From Deltaproteobacteria bacterium (GTDB taxonomy: Bacteria > Myxococcota_A > UBA796 > SXON01), in assembly GCA_036676765.1 (NCBI GenBank), contig JAKFCH010000148.1, forward strand, positions 11,141 to 75,140: a stretch of DNA of 64,000 bases, given 5' to 3'. Positions 52,884 through 60,616 of the stretch are shown one piece after another (positions within the stretch are counted from its first letter, which is position 1; each line of letters begins with the position of its first letter). Below the pieces are notes generated by a model that saw only the letters and a program-made list of their open reading frames with translations, ran no database searches and was not told the origin of the DNA. The translations under genes were made by a program, and so were the position numbers.

Positions 52884-53033
52884 GACGTCCGTCCGTCGGG
52901 GATGGCGCGCTACCCGGGGCGGACGGACGTCGGGGACGTCCGTCCGCCGAGGATGGCGCGCTACCCGGGGCGGACGGACGTCTGGGACGTCCGTCCGGCG
53001 AGGATGGCGCCCTACCCGGGGCGGACGGACGTC
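52884..53033. repeat. three tandem 51-nt units, each a 12-bp perfect inverted repeat around a 24-nt loop
   Basis: Arms are GACGTCCGTCCG and CGGACGGACGTC, at 52884-95/52920-31, 52935-46/52971-82 and 52986-97/53022-33. Loops are NCGRGGATGGCGCSCTACCCGGGG. Spacers are GGG and TGG. Confidence 0.85.
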
Positions 53034-53268
53034 CTGCGCCCCGCAACCCACCGCTCCACCGCGCCGTTCACGCCATCCCGCGCCAGGCGCCCGGAACGCG
53101 GCCGCGTCCTCGCGGCCGGTCCCGACCGCGCCCCCCCGCGCTCGACCCGACGACGCTGCCGAGGCGCGGGCGGACCGAGCCCGAACGGGCGAGCGTGGAG
53201 GGGGCCGACGGCGGCGGAGCCGCCGGGGCGCCCGGATCTCGCGAGGGCCCCCGCGTTAGCTCCCTGGG

Positions 53269-53688
53269 ATGAACCCCTGGCCCGGCCTGCCCCTCACCGT
53301 CATGTCGTCGCACATCGACATGTTCGGCCACGTCAACCACACCCGGTACCTCGAGTTCATGGAGTGGGCGCGGTTCGCGTGGGCCGCGGACCTCGGCGTG
53401 CCGCTCCCCGAGCTGGTCCGCGACGAGGGCATCGGCCCCGCGATCATCCGCGCCCAGGTCGCCTTCCGTCGCGAGTGCCGCCTCGGCGACGAGCTGCTCG
53501 TCACCGTCCGCCCGCTGTCCGCCCGCCGCGGCATCGGCCGCCTCCACCAGGACATCCACGACACCCGCACGAACGAGCGCGTGTGCGACGCCGAGATGAC
53601 GTTCGTGATGCTCGATCTCACGACGCGGCGCGCGGTGCCGCTGCCCGCGTTCTTCCTCGACCAGCTCCCCCAGAAGCTCGCGGAGTAG
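53269..53688 (+). CDS. hot-dog fold acyl-CoA thioesterase (4HBT/YbgC-like)
   Basis: VMSSHIDMFGHVNHTRYLEFMEWARFAW is the catalytic Asp and HVN context typical of the family. 139 aa. Confidence 0.85.
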   Translation: MNPWPGLPLTVMSSHIDMFGHVNHTRYLEFMEWARFAWAADLGVPLPELVRDEGIGPAIIRAQVAFRRECRLGDELLVTVRPLSARRGIGRLHQDIHDTRTNERVCDAEMTFVMLDLTTRRAVPLPAFFLDQLPQKLAE

Positions 53689-53690
53689 GG

Positions 53691-54566
53691 ATGCTCCGCC
53701 GCCCGCCCCCCGCCGCGCTCGCCCCTTACGTCCGGTGCCTCTGGTACGCCGACGGCACGGGCGCGGTGGACGGCGCGCTGGGCGAGGCGGGCGAAGCTGC
53801 GTCCCGACGCGAGCGCGCGCTCCCGACCGGCGCGACGGACCTCGTCGTCCGCCTCTCCGACGCGCCCATCCACGTCTACGAAAGCCTCGACGACCGCGTC
53901 GGCGCCTCGTTCGGCTCAGCGGTCCTGGCGGGCGCGCGCTCCCGCTACCACGTGCGCGACACGACGTTTCCTTCCCGCGCCGTCGGCGTCCACTTCCGCC
54001 CCGGGGGCGCCGCCGCGCTGCTCGGCATCCCCGCGCATCTGCTCGCCGGGCGCCACACCGCCCTCGCCGACCTCTGGGGCGCCCGCGCCGCCGCCCTGCG
54101 CGACGCGCTCCTCGACGCCCCCACTCCCGACGCCGCCCTCGACCGCCTTGAGGCCGCGCTCCCCGGCCCCGCGCGCCCGCTCCACCCCGCCGTCGTGCAC
54201 GCCCTCGCGCGCCTCGCCCGCGGCGGCGTCGCCATCGCCACCGTCCGCGACGAGACCGGCTACAGCGACCGCCGGTTCATCGAGCTCTTCCACCGTGCCG
54301 TGGGTCTCACGCCGAAGGTGTACGCCCGGATCCGGCGGTTCCAGGCCGTCCTCGCGCGTGTCGCGACCGGGCTACCGACGGGTTGGGCCGACATCGCGCT
54401 CGGCGGCGGCTACTACGACCAGCCCCACCTCAACCGCGAGTTCCAGGCCTTCGCCGGGATCTCGCCGGGCGAGTATCGACCGGTCGGGCCCGACCGTCCC
54501 AACCACGTGCCGATCTTCGCCGCGAGGTCAGTTCCGTCCAAGCGCCCTCGGCGCGGCGCCGGCTAA
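53691..54566 (+). CDS. AraC-family transcriptional regulator
   Basis: Real part of ORF 52902..54566, from MLRRPPPAALAPYVRCLWY. C-terminal HTH: VRDETGYSDRRFIELFHRAVGLTPKVYARIRRFQ...GYYDQPHLNREFQAFAGISPGEY. Confidence 0.8.
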   Translation: MLRRPPPAALAPYVRCLWYADGTGAVDGALGEAGEAASRRERALPTGATDLVVRLSDAPIHVYESLDDRVGASFGSAVLAGARSRYHVRDTTFPSRAVGVHFRPGGAAALLGIPAHLLAGRHTALADLWGARAAALRDALLDAPTPDAALDRLEAALPGPARPLHPAVVHALARLARGGVAIATVRDETGYSDRRFIELFHRAVGLTPKVYARIRRFQAVLARVATGLPTGWADIALGGGYYDQPHLNREFQAFAGISPGEYRPVGPDRPNHVPIFAARSVPSKRPRRGAG

Positions 54567-54590
54567 ACCAGGGACACCCACGAGGTTCCC

Positions 54591-55049
54591 GTGTCCGTCC
54601 ACGAGCTGTTCCCCCAACTCCGCGTCCACGCCGCAGCCGAGGCGATCGCCTTCTACGAGCGTGCGTTCGGCGCGGTCGAGCTGTACCGCCTCGTCGAACC
54701 CGCGCACGACGGCCTCCCCGAGCGCGTCGGCCACGCCGAGCTCTTGTTCGGCGCGTTCACGATCATGCTCTCCGACGAGTACCCCGAGTACGGCATCCGC
54801 GGGCCGAGGAGCATCGGCGGCGCCTCGTCCGGCCTGCACCTCCACGTCGACGACGCCGACGCCGCCCTCCAGCGCGCCGTCGAGGCCGGCGCCACGCTCG
54901 TGCGCCCTGCCGCCGACCAGTTCTACGGCGAGCGCTCGGGCACGGTGCGCGACCCCTTCGGCCACGAGTGGTCGATCGGGCACGCGATCGAGAAGGTCAC
55001 GCCCGAGGAGATGCAGCGGCGGTATTCGGCGATGTTCGCGGGGGAGTGA
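54591..55049 (+). CDS. VOC (glyoxalase/bleomycin-resistance, PhnB-like) family protein
   Basis: AIAFYERAFGAVE...VGHAELLFGAFTIMLSDEYPE...GERSGTVRDPFGHEWSI. GTG start. Confidence 0.85.
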   Translation: MSVHELFPQLRVHAAAEAIAFYERAFGAVELYRLVEPAHDGLPERVGHAELLFGAFTIMLSDEYPEYGIRGPRSIGGASSGLHLHVDDADAALQRAVEAGATLVRPAADQFYGERSGTVRDPFGHEWSIGHAIEKVTPEEMQRRYSAMFAGE

Positions 55050-55122
55050 GACATTGGCGTTCGCTCGCGTGGTAGACAGGCCGGCACGGTCGCGGCCCTC
55101 CTCCCGCGCCGCCGGAGCTTTC

Positions 55123-55605
55123 GTGCGTTTCCCGTTGCCGGCCTTCCTCGTGCTCGCGCTGTCTCTGTCCACACCTGCCGCGGCCGGCACCGACTGGAAG
55201 GCGATGATCGGCGCCGAAAGCGTCGCCATCGCCGATGGAAAGATGCGGATCGAGGAATACCAGCTCTGCAAGGTGAACGTACCGGGCGCCGCCAAGACCT
55301 CGATGCAGATCCGCAGCTACACCGAGGCGCCCCTGAACGCCGGGATCTCCCGGGACTTCGTCGTGTCCTTCTCCGCCATTACGCAGACGGTGATGGTGAT
55401 GACCTTCGGCGCGGCGGCGGCAACTGGCACCGATATCGAACCGCTGAAAGCGCTCAGTTGTGACGCCATCACCGCACCCATCGGCAAGGTCGACCTGGAG
55501 GTGAACCTCTACATGACGGGCGAGGGTTTCCAGCTGGAGGTTGTCGCCGACGGTCAGTCGAACCGTCAGTCGAGCCGCTGGGAAGACACCTTCGACGGGA
55601 AGTAG
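55123..55605 (+). CDS. hypothetical secreted protein
   Basis: Tail of ORF 54148..55605. GTG 55123 gives a signal peptide (M)RFPLPAFLVLALSLSTPAAAG. Composition is normal and no family was recognised. Confidence 0.5.
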   Translation: MRFPLPAFLVLALSLSTPAAAGTDWKAMIGAESVAIADGKMRIEEYQLCKVNVPGAAKTSMQIRSYTEAPLNAGISRDFVVSFSAITQTVMVMTFGAAAATGTDIEPLKALSCDAITAPIGKVDLEVNLYMTGEGFQLEVVADGQSNRQSSRWEDTFDGK

Positions 55606-55714
55606 TGCCTCTCGTTCCGCGTCCGCGTCGCCCCGACGTGGGGGAGTGCCCGGGTGTAGGACGGACGACGCTCGTTGGGGTGTGCGCCGCGCCATCGGAC
55701 CACGCAAAGTCACC

Positions 55715-55876
55715 CCGAACGCCGCACCCGCCGCACCATGTGGGTGTGAACGCCGCAGGCGGGCCGCCGGACGCATCCGGGACCGTCGTTTCGGCCCCGT
55801 TTCGGCTCCGTTCGGGCGCCAATCGGCCCCCCGTGCGGCGTTCGACCCCTCACTGCGCGAGACATGCGGCGTTCGG
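55715..55876. repeat. dyad-symmetric intergenic element: four copies of GAACGCCGCA (2 forward, 2 reverse) around three tandem 11-mers
   Basis: Outer arms CCGAACGCCGCA (55715-26) and TGCGGCGTTCGG (55865-76). Inner arms GAACGCCGCA (55748-57) and TGCGGCGTTC (55834-43). Both pairs share the centre at about 55795.5. The tandem units are CGTTTCGGCCC, CGTTTCGGCTC and CGTTCGGGCGC at 55787-55819. Confidence 0.6.
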
Positions 55877-55934
55877 ACAGGCACTGCGTGAAACCCGCGG
55901 CCTTCACCGCCTCTCGGGCTCCCCTCCTGGCGCC

Positions 55935-56627
55935 CTATCCCCGCCGCCGCGCATACAGAACCGCCTCCGCCTGCCGCTCCCGCGCGAGCGCCCCGTCGGA
56001 CTCGTCGGCGTCGATGAGCGCCTTTGCCATCGCGACGGCCACCGGATCGCGCTCCGCGACCTCCCGCGCCCACGCGAGCGCCTCCGCGCGCGGATCCGCG
56101 GCGATGCGGTGCACGATCCCCCAGGCGAGCGCGGCCTCCGCGTCGAGCACCCGCCCCGCGAGGATGACCTCCTTCGCGCGGGAGGGCCCCGCGAGGCGGG
56201 TCAGGCGCGTGGTCCCGCCTGCCGACGGGAGGATCCCCAGGCGGGTCTCCGGCAGCGAGAACCGCGCCGCCGGCCCCGCCACGCGCAGATCGCACGCGAG
56301 CGCGAGCTCGAACCCGCCCGCCACGGCCGCCCCCTGGATCGCCGCGATCGTCACCACCGGCAGCCGGGCGATCGCCGTGAACACCCGCTGCGACCGCAGC
56401 TCGAGCGCGTCGAGCGGAGAGGCCTCCTTCATCGCGTCGAGATCGGCCCCCCCGCAGAACGCGCGATCGCCGGTCGAGGCCACCACGAGCACCCGGTGGG
56501 TCGCCGCCAGGGACTCCGCCGCGACCAGCAGCGCGTCGAGGTGGGCGCGGTCGTAGGCGTGGGCGCGGTCGGGTCGATCGAGCCACAGCAGGCCCACGAC
56601 GCCCTGGCTGTCTGTGCGGATCGGCAT
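55935..56627 (-). CDS. enoyl-CoA hydratase/isomerase (crotonase) family protein
   Basis: AFCGGADLDAM, GAAVAGGFELALACDLRVA, ETRLGILPSAGGTTRL. Confidence 0.85.
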   Translation of the reverse strand: MPIRTDSQGVVGLLWLDRPDRAHAYDRAHLDALLVAAESLAATHRVLVVASTGDRAFCGGADLDAMKEASPLDALELRSQRVFTAIARLPVVTIAAIQGAAVAGGFELALACDLRVAGPAARFSLPETRLGILPSAGGTTRLTRLAGPSRAKEVILAGRVLDAEAALAWGIVHRIAADPRAEALAWAREVAERDPVAVAMAKALIDADESDGALARERQAEAVLYARRRG

Positions 56628-56649
56628 CTCGTCGAATAACCTCTCCTCG

Positions 56650-57384
56650 ATGATGTTCCGCGTGGTCTGGGACCAGATCGAGGAGTGCCCCTACCGCCCC
56701 GAACAGCTGGCGCGGCTCCCGCTGCGCCTGCCTTCCCGCATGATGACGCCCGACGAGCTCGACACCCGCCTCGCCCTGGGCGAACGTCGCTCCGGGCGCA
56801 TGGTCTACCGCACCCAGTGCCCCGCCTGCACCGCGTGCGAACCGCTGCGCGTGCCGGTCGCCCGCTTCCGGCCGACCACCTCGCAGCGCCGCGCGTGGCG
56901 CCGCAACGAGGGCGTCGTCCACGTCGAGGTCGGCCCCCCCGAGCTCTCCGAGGAGCGCCTCGCGCTGTACAACCGCCACAAGCTGGAGCGCGGCCTCTCG
57001 CGGACCGAGGAGCCGCTCGGCCCCATCGGCTACCGCGCCTGGCTCGTCGACACGTGCGTGGAGAGCCGCGAGTTCCGCTACTTCGTCGGCACGAAGCTCA
57101 TCGGCGTGAGCATCGTCGACGTGGGGCGCACCAGCGCGTCGAGCGTCTACCACTACTTCGATCCCGACGAGTCCCGCCGCTCGCTCGGCGTCTACTCGGT
57201 CCTCCGCGAGATCGCGTGGTGCGCCGAGGCCGGGCTCGAGTGGTACTACCTCGGTCTGTACGTCGAGGACTGCGTCCACCTCGCCTACAAGGCCGCGTAC
57301 AACCCCCACCAGCGTCGCATCGATGGGGTGTGGACCGACATCGACCCGCCAGCCCCCGGGGTCTCGGCCATGGAAGGGCCGTAG
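56650..57384 (+). CDS. bpt: arginyl/leucyl-tRNA--protein transferase family (ATE/Bpt, N-end-rule aminoacyl transferase)
   Basis: Real part of ORF 56614..57384, from MMFRVVW. CPYRPEQ, YRTQCPACTACEPLRVPVARFRPTTSQRRAWRRN, LYNRHKLERG, SSVYHYFDPDESRRSLGVYSVLREIAW, YYLGLYV. These are ATE_N and ATE_C signatures. Confidence 0.8.
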   Translation: MMFRVVWDQIEECPYRPEQLARLPLRLPSRMMTPDELDTRLALGERRSGRMVYRTQCPACTACEPLRVPVARFRPTTSQRRAWRRNEGVVHVEVGPPELSEERLALYNRHKLERGLSRTEEPLGPIGYRAWLVDTCVESREFRYFVGTKLIGVSIVDVGRTSASSVYHYFDPDESRRSLGVYSVLREIAWCAEAGLEWYYLGLYVEDCVHLAYKAAYNPHQRRIDGVWTDIDPPAPGVSAMEGP

Positions 57385-57425
57385 CGCGCCGCGCGGACGC
57401 CCCCCATCGCGCTAAGCTCCCGCCC

Positions 57426-58928
57426 GTGAACCCCCGCCTGCGCACCTTCCTCGTCTGGGCCGCCCTCTTCGCCGTGCTCCTCGCGATCGTGGCGCTCCGC
57501 GCGGCGGACGACGTCCTCGTCGAGCGCGACTACGGCGTGTTCGTCGCCGACCTGCTCGCGCACCAGGTCGATGCCGTGGAGAGCGACGGCTACGACCTCG
57601 TCGTCCACCCCCTCGACGGCACCCCCTACGTCGTCGAGGGGGCCGCCACCGAGGAGGTCATCGACTGGATCGAGGAGCAGGGCCTCCCCGTCGGCTACCG
57701 CGAGTCCGAGTCGAGCAACCTCCTGCCCATCGTGCTGCTGCTCGCCATCGTGGTCGGCGCGCTCTACTTCCTGCGCCGCTACCAGCAGCAGCGGGGCACC
57801 GCCGGACAGAACACCATCTTCGACATGCGGAAGTCCAACGCCCGCAAGCTGGCGCCGGGTGTAGAGAAGACCCGCTTCGCCGACGTGGGCGGTCACGCCG
57901 AGGCGAAGGAGGTCCTCGCCGACGTGGTCGACTTCCTCAAGGATCCGTTGCGGTGGACCTCGGCGGGCGTCCAACTGCCGCGCGGCGTGCTCCTCGAGGG
58001 GCCCCCCGGCGGCGGAAAGACCCTCCTCGCGCGCGCGGTCGCGGGCGAGGCCGGCGTGCCGGTGTTCGTCATCTCCGCGAGCGAGTTCGTCGAGATGTTC
58101 GTGGGCGTGGGCGCCGCGCGGATCCGCGATCTCTTCGACACCGCGAAGAAGGCCGCGCCCGCGGTGATCTTCATCGACGAGATCGACGCCGTCGGGCGCC
58201 GGCGCGGGTCGGGGCTCGGCAGCTCGCACGACGAGCGCGAGCAGACGCTCAACCAGCTCCTCGTCTGCATGGACGGTTTCGAGCCCACCACCCGGCTCGT
58301 CGTCATCGGCGCCACCAACCGCTCCGACGTGCTCGACCGCGCCTTGTTGCGGCCCGGCCGCTTCGGCCTCCGGCTCGTCCTCGGCCCGCCCGACCTCGAC
58401 GCGCGCGCCGCCATCCTCGCCATCCACTGCCGGGGCAAGCGGCTCACGCCGGGCCTCGACCTACGCGCCGTCGCCGCGCGCACCCCCGGGGTGTCCGGGG
58501 CCCTCCTCGAGCACCTCTGCAACGAGGCGGGCCTGCGGGCCGTGCGGAGGAGCCGGAAGGACGCCTCCGAGACCGTCATCACCCTCGACGACTTCGGGGT
58601 CGCCCTCGCGGCCGTCGCGAAGACCGAGCGCACGTTCGACGCGCTCGACGCCCTGTTCGTCGAGTCCACCAGCCAGTTCAGCCAACCCACGGGAGACGTG
58701 TTCGCGCGCCTCACCCTCACCGACGCCTCCGTCATCGAGGGGCGCATCGTGTGGGCGGACGCCGGCTACGTGAAGATCGAGCCCCTCGCCGCCATCGACG
58801 GCATCGCACCCCCGCCGCGCCTCGTCCCGAAGGCCCGGATCTCCGCCGCCGAGGCCCTCGCCGGCACGAGCGTCGCGACCGAGATCCGCCCCGACGCGTG
58901 GGCGGCCAACCGCACGGGAACCGCGTGA
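57426..58928 (+). CDS. FtsH-like membrane AAA+ ATPase lacking the M41 protease domain
   Basis: Real part of ORF 56685..58928, with a GTG start at 57426. It has two TM segments flanking a periplasmic-type domain, Walker A GPPGGGKT, pore loop FVEMFVGVGAARIRDLF, Walker B VIFIDEIDA and SRH TNRSDVLDRALLRPGRF. There is no HExxH after the AAA lid. Instead there is an about 120-aa unrelated C-terminus. Confidence 0.85.
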   Translation: MNPRLRTFLVWAALFAVLLAIVALRAADDVLVERDYGVFVADLLAHQVDAVESDGYDLVVHPLDGTPYVVEGAATEEVIDWIEEQGLPVGYRESESSNLLPIVLLLAIVVGALYFLRRYQQQRGTAGQNTIFDMRKSNARKLAPGVEKTRFADVGGHAEAKEVLADVVDFLKDPLRWTSAGVQLPRGVLLEGPPGGGKTLLARAVAGEAGVPVFVISASEFVEMFVGVGAARIRDLFDTAKKAAPAVIFIDEIDAVGRRRGSGLGSSHDEREQTLNQLLVCMDGFEPTTRLVVIGATNRSDVLDRALLRPGRFGLRLVLGPPDLDARAAILAIHCRGKRLTPGLDLRAVAARTPGVSGALLEHLCNEAGLRAVRRSRKDASETVITLDDFGVALAAVAKTERTFDALDALFVESTSQFSQPTGDVFARLTLTDASVIEGRIVWADAGYVKIEPLAAIDGIAPPPRLVPKARISAAEALAGTSVATEIRPDAWAANRTGTA

Positions 58929-59587
58929 TGGACGCGTTCCTCGACTGGCTCGCCCCCTGGCTCGGCGAGCGCCTCGTGTTCTGGATCCCGTTCGTGTTGT
59001 CGTTGGCGGTGCACGAGTACGCCCACGCGCGCGCCGCCTCCTGGTTCGGCGACAACACCGCCGAGGCCCAGGGCCGGCTCACCCTCGATCCCTTCGCGCA
59101 CATCGATCCCATCGGCACCCTGGCGCTCCCGCTGATCGGCGTGCCGATCGGGTGGGCCCGGCCCGTGCCGGTCAACCCGGCGAACTTCCGCGTCGGCGGC
59201 GACGGTCGCCTCGCCATGTTGTTCACCGCCGCCGCCGGACCGCTCTCCAACGTCGTCATCGCGCTCGCGTGCGCCGCGGTCATCGCCGTCCTCGGCGCGA
59301 TCGCACCGGCGCTCGTCGGCGGCGCGTTCGGGCAGGTGCTCGCGTCGACGGTGGTGCTCAACGTCGCGCTCGCGCTGTTCAACCTGCTCCCCATCCCGCC
59401 GCTCGACGGCAGCCGCGTCGTGGACTGGTTGTGCCCCGACTGGCTCCGCCCGCTCTGGACCGCGCTCTACGCGCGCGCCGGCATCGGCATCGCGCTCGTG
59501 CTCATCGTCCCGATGCTGCTCGGCCTCGATCTCGGCGGCTGGGCGCTTGCGTTGGGTCAGGGGCTGATCGGTTTCGTCACGCCGTAG
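58928..59587 (+). CDS. M50 (site-2 protease) family membrane metalloprotease
   Basis: Real part of ORF 57953..59587. The ATG overlaps the upstream TGA (TGATG). Motifs: HEYAHARAA (HExxH) and FNLLPIPPLDGSRV (NxxPxxxLDG). Polytopic. Confidence 0.8.
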   Translation: MDAFLDWLAPWLGERLVFWIPFVLSLAVHEYAHARAASWFGDNTAEAQGRLTLDPFAHIDPIGTLALPLIGVPIGWARPVPVNPANFRVGGDGRLAMLFTAAAGPLSNVVIALACAAVIAVLGAIAPALVGGAFGQVLASTVVLNVALALFNLLPIPPLDGSRVVDWLCPDWLRPLWTALYARAGIGIALVLIVPMLLGLDLGGWALALGQGLIGFVTP

Positions 59588-59600
59588 GGAGCCCCCCCTC

Positions 59601-60245
59601 TCAGTTCTCCCCCTCCCCCTTCTTCTCCGCCCGCGCCTCGCGCAGGTCCGCCGCGGCCTTCCGCAGGCTGTTCGCCACGGCGTCGAGCTTGGCGACGGTG
59701 TCCTCGCTCGCGAGCAGGGCGCGGAGCTGGTCGGGCAGCGCCTCCACCGAAGCCACCCCGTCGGGGAGCAGGCCCTCCTGCTTGAGCGCCTCCGCCACGT
59801 CCTTCATCCGCTCCGCCGCCACCTCGGGCGCGTGCACGGACTCCTGCGCGGTGGTGAGGATGCCGGTGAACGTGGCCTTGATCGCCGCCCCGAGCGCGGC
59901 GGGATCGTCCCGGAGCTGGTCGCGCCCGAGCTTCAGGCTCTCGGCCACCCGGGCCTCGCGCGCCGCCACGGCCTCGGGATCGAGCTTCGGCGCGGTCGAC
60001 AGCGCCTTGGCCGCGCTCATCGCCACGGTGCGCACCTTGTCCGCGAAGCCTCCGAGCACCGCCTGCGCGAGCTTCATCGCTTCGGCCTCGGGCACCTCGT
60101 AGACATCGAGGGCGACCGGATCGGCCTCCAGCTTCTTCCCGGTGAGCGAGCGGACGATGAAGTCCCCGCCTGGAAGCTTGGCATCGTCCGGCACGTGGAA
60201 GAAGCGCTTGCGGTCCTCGCTCGCGTAGAGCGTGTGGCTTGCCAT
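59601..60245 (-). CDS. hypothetical protein (Ala/Glu-rich helical C-terminal half)
   Basis: 214-aa ORF with normal composition and GC3 bias. No family recognised. Confidence 0.55.
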   Translation of the reverse strand: MASHTLYASEDRKRFFHVPDDAKLPGGDFIVRSLTGKKLEADPVALDVYEVPEAEAMKLAQAVLGGFADKVRTVAMSAAKALSTAPKLDPEAVAAREARVAESLKLGRDQLRDDPAALGAAIKATFTGILTTAQESVHAPEVAAERMKDVAEALKQEGLLPDGVASVEALPDQLRALLASEDTVAKLDAVANSLRKAAADLREARAEKKGEGEN

Positions 60246-60283
60246 GCAGACTCTCCCGCACCGATGATAACCTCGACGGCATC

Positions 60284-60616
60284 ATGGATCGCCCGCCCTG
60301 CGCCGGCCTGTGGATGACCCCGATGGTCTCCGTCGACGGTGACCTCACGACCTGCTGCCTCGACGAGCACCTCGTCAACCGCCTCGGCAACGTGCGTGAG
60401 ACCCCCCTCGCCGAGCTGTGGAGCGCGCCGCGCATCCAGGCGTGGCGGCTCGCGCACGCCGAGGGGCGCTTCCACGAGAGCGGGCCGTACTGCATGACGT
60501 GCAACTGGAAGAGCGCCGGGGCGATGCCCCGGGAGGCCCTGGTCGCCTGGCTCGACGAGACCGGCGCCAAGAGCCCCCTCGCTCGTCGCCGCGCCGGCAC
60601 CCCGAGGAGCGCATGA
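60284..60616 (+). CDS. stand-alone SPASM/twitch-like Cys-rich domain protein
   Basis: MDRPPCAGLWMTPMVSVDGDLTTCCLDEHLVNRLGNVRETPLAELWSAP...GPYCMTCNW resembles the C-terminal auxiliary Fe-S (SPASM) domain of radical SAM enzymes, but no radical SAM core precedes it. ATGA overlap with the ABC ATPase gene. Confidence 0.5.
   Translation: MDRPPCAGLWMTPMVSVDGDLTTCCLDEHLVNRLGNVRETPLAELWSAPRIQAWRLAHAEGRFHESGPYCMTCNWKSAGAMPREALVAWLDETGAKSPLARRRAGTPRSA

Noticed and set aside
52884-53033. The tandem 51-nt repeats as a CRISPR array.
   Set aside because: The units are contiguous with only 3-nt spacers, so there are no unique spacer sequences. No cas genes are nearby. The units are long palindromes rather than CRISPR-type repeats.
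53051-53268. ORFs covering the antiporter/thioesterase intergenic region (for example 52528..53259 +, 53068..53559 -).
   Set aside because: Their composition is Arg/Pro/Gly-rich and without motifs. They overlap the repeat array and the promoter region of two well-supported divergent genes.
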